DNA of 64,000 nucleotides from Acidobacteriota bacterium (GTDB lineage Bacteria; Acidobacteriota; Terriglobia; 20CM-2-55-15): NCBI GenBank assembly GCA_003223875.1, contig QHWY01000086.1, positions 33,233 to 97,232 of the forward strand, read 5' to 3'. Shown piece by piece: positions 39,501 to 47,494 of this stretch (position 1 is its first letter; each line of letters starts with the position of its first letter). The notes under the pieces were generated by a model. It saw only the letters and a program-made list of their open reading frames with translations, ran no database searches and was not told where the DNA came from. The position numbers and the translations under genes were made by a program.

Positions 39501-39662
39501 TTGCTCGAGCGCCTCGGCAAAAAAGAAGAGTCGCTGGCTTATTTCAAGGCTCTTTTGAAGGAACGCCCGCACGACGGAAATGTGCGGAATGACTACGTGG
39601 CGGCATTGCTACACGCAGGACGGTATGAAGCGGCAAGACAAATTCTGGATTCGAAAAACTGA
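36561..39662 (+). CDS. TPR-repeat scaffold protein, PelB N-terminal-region-like
   Basis: ATG overlaps the upstream stop (ATGA), with a GGAGG RBS. N-terminal TM anchor, then more than 1000 aa of TPR-like helical repeats. Confidence 0.65.
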   Translation: MKKIHYLAFAFLTLAGAVLSILLVPGKSELALIHFKDKEYEVARRSYEERFMAGDRSVSVVIPLTQLYLQFGDVEKAVQLMESFVDENPNDVAALKRLGKFFQYAERPHDYLTILERIAALEPGEAYFRELSDIYNFNAQYEKQIEILKTLIDKYPNRPQDFIDLANLEATNGSIVEAEATMRRFEAIHPEAMTAETTELHVNLLLDAGKPQTALTLASKGIKRENNYETVVHFADLLNFKKQPALALRLVEPYDKAADNYPTLLRSIVLLWIGNGKSAEAYDRLKRLHTAGTLPEIVVEPFVDLALQHREIDFAISIGEEYDLTILPNWLLAGLAEAALSQQKKDFLARMVSELGDGFLNQNPVLAAQLALARNDATSALRWIERADKDSTLEMGQRITLATLYVSLGRRDDALRCYQEAASRPDVPDYVFLQLAGLYMEQQKAEQGLKLLEPLRAKRHSTDFETAWALLAAAAGRGDDVLAWLASANAQKLSVQSFSDIYFAAMEAAQPKLAVAVAERLYRQRHSADDQLHLVNALMAASRPAEALKYLRPLLANGTSRDGGDLSEKEQIYVAALNAALEAGEPVSAELKSFWSRRLGQSHLPESKREEIVYALLDLKDDAAVLPILEQFAKTKDSQWLFAFVDASLRAGKKDRLLQFLQTEVSRKDLNLTAREKYLRLLIEQGGDALALSFLRQLADEDIDEWIQVYEETLARLDRKRELIDFVRDRAKRVAVSDAERRSIASRLLELGDKRSAEQELLKLAAAAPPDSPDVSQLLYLWGPRPGLAALDWLEQRGRSASGASRAAWMRHLINLGSASRAVRLVTKEVATDRSVVDAYIDALVAVDDRSVLGNVLDSAVERESDPAGLRRFGRIAMENGNANTARLAFEKLLRARPDDRQGLKRLGSIALWQGNFSVARRMLTRLDDLGGSDYESRFYLGEILTHDHDPAARRQYQRSLEMLEASKDQTIAAKTIQAQLLERLGKKEESLAYFKALLKERPHDGNVRNDYVAALLHAGRYEAARQILDSKN

Positions 39663-39671
39663 GCAGAATAC

Positions 39672-39824
39672 ATTCCCCTCCCCGCAGAGGAGGGCGCGAA
39701 GCGCGAGCCCGATAGGGCGAAGCCCCAGGAGAAGTCTGGCGAAATCTTCCGGCCGAACTGACCACCCCGGCGCGCCAGCTTCTATTAAGCTGCCGCGCCA
39801 CCCCTCCTCTGCGAGGAGGGGAAT
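39672..39824. repeat. MITE family B copy between the TPR gene and the porin-like gene
   Basis: ATTCCCCTCCCCGCAGAGGAGGG ... CCCCTCCTCTGCGAGGAGGGGAAT termini. 153 bp, starting 9 bp after the TPR stop. Confidence 0.75.
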
Positions 39825-39831
39825 AAGTCGT

Positions 39832-41322
39832 CATCTAACATTCTGTCTCATTCTGGCACTCGCCGTTCCCGCCAGCGCCTCATCTTTCCTCATTAAAACC
39901 GAGTCCACGCCATCCGCCGCGCGCCTGGAACTCAACTTTCCCGAAGACACCCATTGCACAGCCAACGTCCTCGACCAACGCGAGTTGCTCCTTCAGTGCG
40001 ATCGCGCAATCGAACCGCCGCCAATGGGCGACGTCGTTACGAAATTGAACTCCTGGCTCGCCTGGATCAGCAACGGGTACGACACGCTTTTGATCCACGC
40101 CGCACGCGACTCGAGTTTTACGCTGTCTTCTGCCGGACCGAGGCAAATAGTGATTCAACTGACCCCAATAGATACCGAACGAACGTCCGAAGATTCGAAT
40201 ACCTTAGTTCCTGCTCTCCTCAAAAGCCGTCTACTCGCGGCGACCGGAAAACCTCGAGCAGCCGAGAAGGTCTTGCATCAAAGCCTCGTCTCGCATCCCA
40301 ACAATGGACAGCTGCTTGCGGAATTAGCGGAGCTTGAATTACGAGCCAGACGATGGCGCTACGCGACCGATCTTTATTCGAAGGCCTTACTCGATCAGCC
40401 CCAAAACGAGGATCTGATGACCTTTCGCAGAAAAATCCTTCGAGAACACGGACCCGCCGTTTCTTATGAAGCGAATGCCAAGACTTTGCAGACGGATCAC
40501 TCGGAGTTCGTGACATCAACCTCCGCCGATTGGAGGCTTTCGCTGCCGACCAAGCTAGGGCTTCGGATCGACCAAAACCATTTTCGGTCTTTAGAACCAT
40601 CGCAGCCAAACGCACGAACACATATCCGCAACCGCATCGAAGCTGCGCTTCAGCATGATTTTCTCAATGGATCGATCGTCAACGCGGCAATGGTGAATAA
40701 CGGACGGGAGACCGGAGCCCAGCTTTCTTATAGCCGGCCAGACATGTACGGCACGACGCATGTCGAAACAGGTTACAGCATCCCGTTCTGGGATCTGTTG
40801 TCGAGCCTTGAAGGTAACGGCGTACGGGACCGGATTACAGCAGGACGCATGCAGCAGATTTCGCAAAGAATAACAGCGCAATTCGATGCGTCATTAAATC
40901 GCTATCGCATGGCCAATCAGGTTCTGGCGCGCACTTATGGCGCCAATGCCGGCGTTAATTACGTTATCCGCCGGCAGTACCCGACCATCGAACTCGACTA
41001 TCTGTTCGATATCGAGAAACATGCGGATCACCGGCCGTACGCCGGTTTTCCATTAAGCAACAGGAATGTCCATGCAATCGGAACCGCGGTCGCCACTCCG
41101 ATCGGAACGAAGTCGGAGCTATTGGCTTCGGGCGGCATGTCTTTCGATATCGATGGTGGAGAAGGGCCCTTCGTCGCCGGCCGCTTCAATCGGCATTTCA
41201 CCGATCGGCTCTCGGCCGAGGTTTGGACTGAGAGACGGCATAATTCCATTCTTACTGGACGCGTCGTCACAAGCGTCGGCGTGAAAATTGTGTTCGCTTT
41301 CGGTGGGAAGGATACAGAGTGA
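39832..41322 (+). CDS. Outer-membrane beta-barrel porin-like protein with N-terminal TPR segment (PelB C-terminal-region-like); translation start unresolved
   Basis: A good signal peptide (LTFCLILALAVPASA) is encoded right after the MITE, but no ATG/GTG/TTG lies upstream of it outside the MITE. The nearest in-frame ATG is 39625, inside the 3' end of the TPR gene. The C-terminal half alternates amphipathic beta-strands and ends VGVKIVFAF. Confidence 0.45.
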   Translation, partial: HLTFCLILALAVPASASSFLIKTESTPSAARLELNFPEDTHCTANVLDQRELLLQCDRAIEPPPMGDVVTKLNSWLAWISNGYDTLLIHAARDSSFTLSSAGPRQIVIQLTPIDTERTSEDSNTLVPALLKSRLLAATGKPRAAEKVLHQSLVSHPNNGQLLAELAELELRARRWRYATDLYSKALLDQPQNEDLMTFRRKILREHGPAVSYEANAKTLQTDHSEFVTSTSADWRLSLPTKLGLRIDQNHFRSLEPSQPNARTHIRNRIEAALQHDFLNGSIVNAAMVNNGRETGAQLSYSRPDMYGTTHVETGYSIPFWDLLSSLEGNGVRDRITAGRMQQISQRITAQFDASLNRYRMANQVLARTYGANAGVNYVIRRQYPTIELDYLFDIEKHADHRPYAGFPLSNRNVHAIGTAVATPIGTKSELLASGGMSFDIDGGEGPFVAGRFNRHFTDRLSAEVWTERRHNSILTGRVVTSVGVKIVFAFGGKDTE

Positions 41323-43064
41323 TGCGCAAGACGTGGTGTGGCTTCAGACAATCCGCGATCATCGAAACCTCCTTATATCTAGGCATCGCTCTCCTCATCG
41401 ATCAAATTAGTTTCAGCGGTAATCGTTTCTGGACGATCTCGCCACACCCGTTCTGGCCGATCGTTCTTCTGATCAGCGCGCAATACGGCACTTCCGAAGG
41501 ACTCTTCGCGGCTCTAGCGGCAACAATTGTTTTATTGACCGGCAAACTACCCCCGCAAACGCTGTCGCAGGATCTGTACGAGTACATCTTCTACATCAGT
41601 AAGAATCCCCTGCTGTGGTTCACTGCAGCAGTCCTGTGGGGCGAATTACGCGGCCGGCACGCCAATGAAACCAGGGCAATCCGGGAAGAACTAGAGGCTA
41701 CAAAAGACCACGCTCTCCAGGTCGATGCCGCCTACAAGCAGGTGGCGCAATTGAAAGAGAAGCTCGAACTGAAAGTAGCCGGCCAACTGAAGACCGCAGT
41801 TCGAATTTACGAAGCTGCCCGAGGCATTGACAAGCTGGAACCGGCACATGTGATGAGCGGCGTGTCCCAACTGGTACGGCTTGTCATGAATCCCGAGAAG
41901 TTCTCTCTTTTTCTATTGAAGAACGGCCGGCTCGAAGTCGCGACAAAAGAAGCCTGGAGCGCGGAGGACCCCTATTCTTTGGAATTCAGCGCGCAGAGCA
42001 CCATTTATCAGGAAATCATTGGACGGCGCCGCTGCCTGTGCTGCGTCAACCGCGACGAGGAAATCATGCTGGGGAGCGAAGGAATGCTGGCCGCGCCTCT
42101 CGTGAATTCGGAAACGGGCGAAGTTCTTGGAATGATGAAGATCGAGAAACTGGGCTTCGCCGACCTGAACTTGTCCAGCGTTCAAACCTTCAAAGTGCTC
42201 TGCGACTGGATTGGAACCGCCTATGCGAACGCCCTCAGCTATAAAGATGCCCTCGCCGAAAAAATATTCGACCAGAGCACGTGCCTTTTCTCATACGGAT
42301 TCTTTGAGCGTCAGACCGCATTCCTGTCCAATATCGCCGAGCGCGTCGGATTTGACATATCGATGATCGTCTTGCGGCTCGACAATCCTCATGACTTGAC
42401 GGATGAGCAGCGCAGCATTTTGCCGGGGATGGTCGGTAAGGTCGTTCAGAAGTGTCTTCGCAAAACCGATCTCGCCTTTGAACACCGGCAATCGGCTTCG
42501 GAACATTACATTGTCTTACCGAACACATCATTGGAGGACAGCCAGACTGTCTGCCATAAGCTGCTCCGTAAACTTTCGTCTCTCATGCCTTCGGAATTAC
42601 GTCATGCCCAATTCTCGATGACTGTTCAAGCTCTCTATCGACATGACCGGCAGCCAACCGTACAATCTGTTGCGATTCCCGCAGCTCATGGATTATTCCC
42701 CGCCTCCTCATTCGAATGGCATTCGAACTATTTGACTGTGCTGGCGAGACGTATCGGATTTGATATTTCGGTCATCTCGATTCGCCCGGATAGCACCCAG
42801 GACTGGAAATCTGTAACAAAAGCAGTTGGAACGGTGGCCGGGCTGTATCTCCGTGAAATCGATCTTGCATTCGAGAAATCAGAACCCGACGGCGTGTTCA
42901 CGATTTTGCTACCCCATACGACGCGCAGGCAAGCAGACATCGTCTCAGGCCTCTTGGTCGCCCGAATAAATGACGAGCTGGAAAAGAACAACGTCGACGT
43001 GAGTGTCACAGTCGGGATTGAAAAGTTGAACGTTGAAGGTCTAGAACCGGTGTTGCATGTCTAA
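41319..43064 (+). CDS. PelD-like inner-membrane c-di-GMP receptor candidate (TM + GAF-like + two degenerate GGDEF-like modules)
   Basis: 4 N-terminal TM helices, a coiled coil and a GAF-like region. Two repeats, RVGFDISMIVLRLD...LRKTDLAFEHRQSASEHYIVLP and RIGFDISVISIRPD...LREIDLAFEKSEPDGVFTILLP, align to the GGDEF fold with GGDEF replaced. Confidence 0.5.
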   Translation: MMRKTWCGFRQSAIIETSLYLGIALLIDQISFSGNRFWTISPHPFWPIVLLISAQYGTSEGLFAALAATIVLLTGKLPPQTLSQDLYEYIFYISKNPLLWFTAAVLWGELRGRHANETRAIREELEATKDHALQVDAAYKQVAQLKEKLELKVAGQLKTAVRIYEAARGIDKLEPAHVMSGVSQLVRLVMNPEKFSLFLLKNGRLEVATKEAWSAEDPYSLEFSAQSTIYQEIIGRRRCLCCVNRDEEIMLGSEGMLAAPLVNSETGEVLGMMKIEKLGFADLNLSSVQTFKVLCDWIGTAYANALSYKDALAEKIFDQSTCLFSYGFFERQTAFLSNIAERVGFDISMIVLRLDNPHDLTDEQRSILPGMVGKVVQKCLRKTDLAFEHRQSASEHYIVLPNTSLEDSQTVCHKLLRKLSSLMPSELRHAQFSMTVQALYRHDRQPTVQSVAIPAAHGLFPASSFEWHSNYLTVLARRIGFDISVISIRPDSTQDWKSVTKAVGTVAGLYLREIDLAFEKSEPDGVFTILLPHTTRRQADIVSGLLVARINDELEKNNVDVSVTVGIEKLNVEGLEPVLHV

Positions 43065-44196
43065 ATGTGTCCATGAACCCTCTCCCGCTCGGAGAGCGCG
43101 GAGCGAAGCGCCGGTTCACAACTTGAGACCCTCAGCCTACGCCCTCCCAGAGGGAGAGGGTTATCTCTTTTTCTTGATGGTCGCCATCACCGGCTTCTTG
43201 GAAATAGTCCTCGCGCGCCAGTTCTTCAACGGGGAAATGAGGCCCGCGTACGCGATTTCCGGCCATTTCGTCATTCTTGCGGCGATTGCTCTTCACACAC
43301 TCTCGAGAATGAAAAAGGGCAAGGACCTCCGACTGAGTTTTCTGTTGTTCTCTTTCACATTTGCCTTGGGACCGGCCGGAGCAGCCGCCACGCTGCTGAC
43401 AGCGGCAATGGTGTCGATATTTTCAAGAAAAACGAAACCGTTTGAAGAGTGGTATTGCACATTGTTCCCGGACGAGGCGTCTTCCCAAAGCGACATTCTG
43501 GAGGAGATCCAAGCGCAGCGCGCGCAGGGAGAGCGATCGATCATGCCGTTGATCGATGTCCTGACGTTCGGAACACATACCCAGAAACAGGCACTGCTCA
43601 CGATGGTTACCAGCAATTTCAAACCGGCTTTTGCGCCTGTGTTGAAAACCGCGCTGAATGATGCAAATAACGCCATCCGTGTCCAGGCTGCTACCGGTAT
43701 TACGAAGATTGAAGCGGACTTCATGACCCGTGCAGTCGACCTGACGAACCGCTGCGAACAAAATCCAGACGACGCTGACCTGCTCAAAGAAATCGCTGAA
43801 CATTACGACCGGTACGCATATATCGGCCTGCTCGAACATGATCGGGAAACAGAATGCCGTAATAACGCGCTAGGGTATTACGCCCGATATCTTGCTTTAC
43901 GGCCTGACGATTCAGCGGCGCGTACGGCGGCAGGGCGCATTTTGGTTCGAGACCGTAGGTATAAGGACGCCGTCGCCTGGTTTGAGCGGGTTGGCAGTGA
44001 CGGAACCGTGGTCCCGCGCGCGCCTGAAGAGGCAGTCTGGTACTTGGAAAGCCTTTTTCGCCTAGGGCACTTCGCAAAAGTTCGCGCGATTCTTATGGCC
44101 AGCGGAAAAGAACTGCAGGATAGCGCAGGTCTTCCTCTCGAGATTCTCGAAGCCGTCCAACTCTGGGTTGACGGCAATGCTGAAGGAAATGCATGA
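43057..44196 (+). CDS. PelE-like inner-membrane TPR protein
   Basis: Start overlaps the upstream stop; an alternative ATG is at 43177. 2-3 TM helices are followed by TPR-like helices, and the gene sits between the PelD-like and PelF-like genes. Confidence 0.45.
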   Translation: MSKCVHEPSPARRARSEAPVHNLRPSAYALPEGEGYLFFLMVAITGFLEIVLARQFFNGEMRPAYAISGHFVILAAIALHTLSRMKKGKDLRLSFLLFSFTFALGPAGAAATLLTAAMVSIFSRKTKPFEEWYCTLFPDEASSQSDILEEIQAQRAQGERSIMPLIDVLTFGTHTQKQALLTMVTSNFKPAFAPVLKTALNDANNAIRVQAATGITKIEADFMTRAVDLTNRCEQNPDDADLLKEIAEHYDRYAYIGLLEHDRETECRNNALGYYARYLALRPDDSAARTAAGRILVRDRRYKDAVAWFERVGSDGTVVPRAPEEAVWYLESLFRLGHFAKVRAILMASGKELQDSAGLPLEILEAVQLWVDGNAEGNA

Positions 44197-45716
44197 GCGA
44201 TCGACGCCAGATCGCCGATGTATGTCTGATCCTGGAAGGGACGTACCCGTACGTCACCGGAGGAGTGTCGGCGTGGACGCACGATCTGATTACCGCTCAC
44301 AAGGATCTTTCATTTCATCTCATGACGCTCCTTCCCACCGGAGCATCGAAGGAGCTTCGCTACTCCATTCCGTCAAACGTCGTGAGCCACTCAACGGCCT
44401 ATGTCCAGCAATTACCGCCGGGTCAGAAAATGACGGATCGCCGGGCCAGAGTGCTGTGTGAGGCGCTTCAAGAACATCTCCTCGGCATGCAATCCAGAGG
44501 CGGCATCCAGCATCTCGCCGGCATCATTGAGGCGTTAAGGTCGTTTCGGAAGCTAGGAACTCTGACCTTGTTGAACTCTGCTGCCGCCTGGGAGATGTTG
44601 AAGCGCATGTACCAGCGGGCGTATCCGCACAGTTCCTTCCTCGATTACTTCTGGAGCTGCCGGGCGTTACTCGGAGGACTCTATTCCATTCTTCTCGCCG
44701 AATTGCCGGCGGCCCGCGTTTATCACACAGTTTCGACAGGATATGCGGGTCTTTTCGGGGCGCGCGCCGCTCTGGAGACCGGACGGCCACTTCTGTTGAC
44801 GGAACACGGAATCTACACGAACGAACGGCGCATTGAAATCGGTATGGCCGACTGGCTTCAGGCCGGAAATTCAAGCAGTCTCGACATTCATTCGCGCATG
44901 CCCACGTTGAAGGATCTATGGATCAACACCTTCATCGCCTACTCGCGCGCGTGCTACGAAGCGGCGAGTGAAATCATCACGCTTTACGAAGGCAACCAAC
45001 AATTCCAGCTTCAGGATGGCGCGGCATCTGAAAAACTGAGGATCATTCCAAACGGAATCGATTATGAGCGCTTTTCCAAGATTCGTCCGCAGACCGGAGC
45101 CCGCCGGCCCTCGGTTGCTTTGATTGGACGCGTCGTCCCCATCAAGGATGTCAAAACGTTTCTGCGCGCGTGCGCGCTGTTGAAGAATCTGGTTCCGGAT
45201 ATTCAAGCGTATGTGCTCGGTCCGACGGATGAAGATTCCGAATACTTTCGCGAGTGCGAAAACATGGCCGGTCATCTGGGAATCGAAGATGTGGTGACTT
45301 TCACCGGCCGCGTCAAGCTCGATGATTATCTTGGCCGCATCGACGTCGTCGCGTTGACAAGCATCAGCGAGGCCCAACCGCTAACGGTTTTGGAAGCGGG
45401 CGCGGCGGGAATACCCACTGTGGCCACAGACGTGGGAGCTTGCCGGGAGATGATCATGGGACCTGCAAGCGAATCGCCCGCGCTTGGACCAGGGGGCGCA
45501 GTGACGCCTTTATGCAATCCGCCTTCAACGGCAGCGGCGATGGCCAAGCTCTTGAATGACCGGTATTGGTATCACCAATGCAGCCGCGCAATCCAAGAAC
45601 GCGTTCGAACTTTGTATAACAAGGCAACCCTGGATCGAACTTATCGCGCCGTTTACGAAACCTATCTGCAGCGCCCCGCGTCAAGCATCAATCCTTCGTT
45701 GGAGGCAGTCAATTAG
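44193..45716 (+). CDS. pelF: GT4 family glycosyltransferase, PelF-like
   Basis: ADVCLILEGTYPYVTGGVSAWTHDLI N-terminus. GT4 C-terminal motifs (LIGRVVPIKDV..., EAQPLTVLEAGAAGIPTVATDVGACREM). 507 aa, cytoplasmic. Confidence 0.75.
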   Translation: MSDRRQIADVCLILEGTYPYVTGGVSAWTHDLITAHKDLSFHLMTLLPTGASKELRYSIPSNVVSHSTAYVQQLPPGQKMTDRRARVLCEALQEHLLGMQSRGGIQHLAGIIEALRSFRKLGTLTLLNSAAAWEMLKRMYQRAYPHSSFLDYFWSCRALLGGLYSILLAELPAARVYHTVSTGYAGLFGARAALETGRPLLLTEHGIYTNERRIEIGMADWLQAGNSSSLDIHSRMPTLKDLWINTFIAYSRACYEAASEIITLYEGNQQFQLQDGAASEKLRIIPNGIDYERFSKIRPQTGARRPSVALIGRVVPIKDVKTFLRACALLKNLVPDIQAYVLGPTDEDSEYFRECENMAGHLGIEDVVTFTGRVKLDDYLGRIDVVALTSISEAQPLTVLEAGAAGIPTVATDVGACREMIMGPASESPALGPGGAVTPLCNPPSTAAAMAKLLNDRYWYHQCSRAIQERVRTLYNKATLDRTYRAVYETYLQRPASSINPSLEAVN

Positions 45717-47099
45717 ATGGCGGGCATCGGCTTTGAATTGAGAAAGCTCTCGCGCCGGGACGACCTGCTGGGCGTTGTTGAAGGCTATGCGTACTCGGCA
45801 ATTGCGTCCACAGGACCTTGGCTATTCACAATTGTCGCCCTCTCCGGCGTTGTGATGTTTGGCTCACGGTTCATCTCGGCTGCGGACATGGCGGAATTCC
45901 GGCTAATCATTATCTACAATTTCGCATTCTCGCTCATCGTCTCCGCTCCGATGGCAATGATTTCGATGCGTCATCTGGCGGATTCTATTTATGTAAAAAA
46001 TGTCAGTGATGCGCCATCGATGCTGCTCACCGGAATACTCTTCACGTTCGCTATTGAAATTCCGCTTGTCTTGGGTTTTTACGGGTACTACGTTCAACTC
46101 CCCATAACTGTCCGGCTGCTTGCGATGGCAAATTTCTTCGTGGTCACGGCCATTTGGCTGACGTGCGTATTTTTGACGGCGTTGAAGGATTATCGCCGCC
46201 TCAGCGTCACATTCGTCGCCGGTACGGGTATGGCTTTGGCGAGCGCCTCGGCAGCTGCGCCGTTTTGGGGTGTGACGGGAATCCTGACGGGGTTCACGGC
46301 CGGCCTCGCACTTTTGCTCTGCCTTTTGATTGGAAGAGTGCTCGCCGAATATCCCTACCGAACGCTCCGCGTGTTCAGGTTTACGAAACTGTTCCGCAGG
46401 TATTGGGAACTCGCTCTGAGCGGCTTGATCTACAATTTGGCGATTTGGATTGACAAGTTCGTCATGTGGGCATCGCCCCAGCGCTCGGTGTTGCAGAACG
46501 GAATGGTGTCGTATCCGGACTACGACAGTGCGATGTTTCTGGCTTACCTGACGATTGTGCCTGCGATGGCGAGCTTCGTTCTGAATGTTGAGACTGATTT
46601 CTTCGAAAAATACGTCGCGTTCTACCGCGATATTCAGCATCATGTCAACTTCGGCCGGATCGAACAGGATCACCAATCGATCATCGGATCCATCTTGCGT
46701 GCCGCACGGAATTTCATCGTCCTGCAGGGAACCATATCGCTTGTGTCGATACTGCTGGCCCCATATCTGTTCACCGCGCTCAACATAAGCTTCCTGCAGT
46801 TGGGCATGTTTCGCATCGGAGTGCTGGGAGCATTCTTCCACGTCATGTTCCTGGTGATGACGATCTTGCTCTCTTACTTCGATATAAGACGCATGACGCT
46901 CGCCATCCAAACGCTCTTCCTCGTATTGAATGGCATAGGCACCTTCGCCGCGATGAAGTTCGGCTTTCAGTTTTACGGGTACGGATATTTCGTGGCCACG
47001 ATCGTCGCGTTCGCTTTAACGTTCTTGGCGATGTCTCGCGTTCTGAATCGCCTGCCTTATCAGACCTTCGTCCTGAGTAACTCATCTCTTACAGGCTAG
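45717..47099 (+). CDS. pelG: PelG-like polysaccharide exporter (12-TM MOP/PST-type)
   Basis: MAGIGFELRKLSRRDDLLG N-terminus. About 12 hydrophobic helices. 460 aa, last gene of the cluster. Confidence 0.7.
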   Translation: MAGIGFELRKLSRRDDLLGVVEGYAYSAIASTGPWLFTIVALSGVVMFGSRFISAADMAEFRLIIIYNFAFSLIVSAPMAMISMRHLADSIYVKNVSDAPSMLLTGILFTFAIEIPLVLGFYGYYVQLPITVRLLAMANFFVVTAIWLTCVFLTALKDYRRLSVTFVAGTGMALASASAAAPFWGVTGILTGFTAGLALLLCLLIGRVLAEYPYRTLRVFRFTKLFRRYWELALSGLIYNLAIWIDKFVMWASPQRSVLQNGMVSYPDYDSAMFLAYLTIVPAMASFVLNVETDFFEKYVAFYRDIQHHVNFGRIEQDHQSIIGSILRAARNFIVLQGTISLVSILLAPYLFTALNISFLQLGMFRIGVLGAFFHVMFLVMTILLSYFDIRRMTLAIQTLFLVLNGIGTFAAMKFGFQFYGYGYFVATIVAFALTFLAMSRVLNRLPYQTFVLSNSSLTG

Positions 47100-47407
47100 T
47101 GTGGTGTCCCACTTCGTGTTTGACACCGATTTGGGGTAGGTGCATTCCCCTCCTTGCAAAGGAGGGGTGGACGCGCCATTAGCAAAATGGATCCGTTCCA
47201 AAAAAAGGCGCGGACGGGGTGGTCGCTCACAAGCGAGGCTTCGGAATGCGTTTGTGAAACGTGTCGCGTGAGCGACCACCCCGTCTGCGGCTCTTCGGTG
47301 GCTTCGCGACTTTTGATTGATGCCGCAGCCACCCCTTTGTAAGGAGGGGAATGTACCCAAACTGAAACATGTCTGCTTGTCGAAATTTATTTGGGACACC
47401 ACACTAG
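47097..47407. mobile_element. Composite element: outer inverted repeats CTAGTGTGGTGTCCCA...TGGGACACCACACTAG enclosing a MITE-B copy
   Basis: The 17-bp perfect terminal inverted repeats at 47097 and 47391 enclose the B copy at 47144..47352. The left TIR begins at the pelG stop codon. Confidence 0.55.
47144..47352. repeat. MITE family B copy (nested)
   Basis: Termini ATTCCCCTCCTTGCAAAGGAGGGG / CCCCTTTGTAAGGAGGGGAAT, with the internal GACCACCCCG core. Confidence 0.7.
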
Positions 47408-47494
47408 TAGCAAATGCGTAGCCACACACCGGGCCAAGACCGTCCGACGGAAACGTTATCCATTGAACAAACCGGTGCGTTAGAATTTTCTATA

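Noticed and set aside
39580-39831. ORF-track start at 39580 for the porin-like gene
   Set aside because: This start lies within the 3' end of the TPR gene and would read through the entire MITE before reaching the signal peptide. It is reported as an unresolved start rather than accepted.
45903-46910. 335-aa minus-strand ORF antisense to the pelG-like gene, plus similar long antisense ORFs at 11210..12424, 6408..7175, 8216..8866, 22736..23476 and 33440..34327
   Set aside because: These show low-complexity Arg/His/Asp/Glu-rich translations typical of the reverse frame of GC-rich genes. They carry no RBS, and the sense strand carries clearly recognisable genes.
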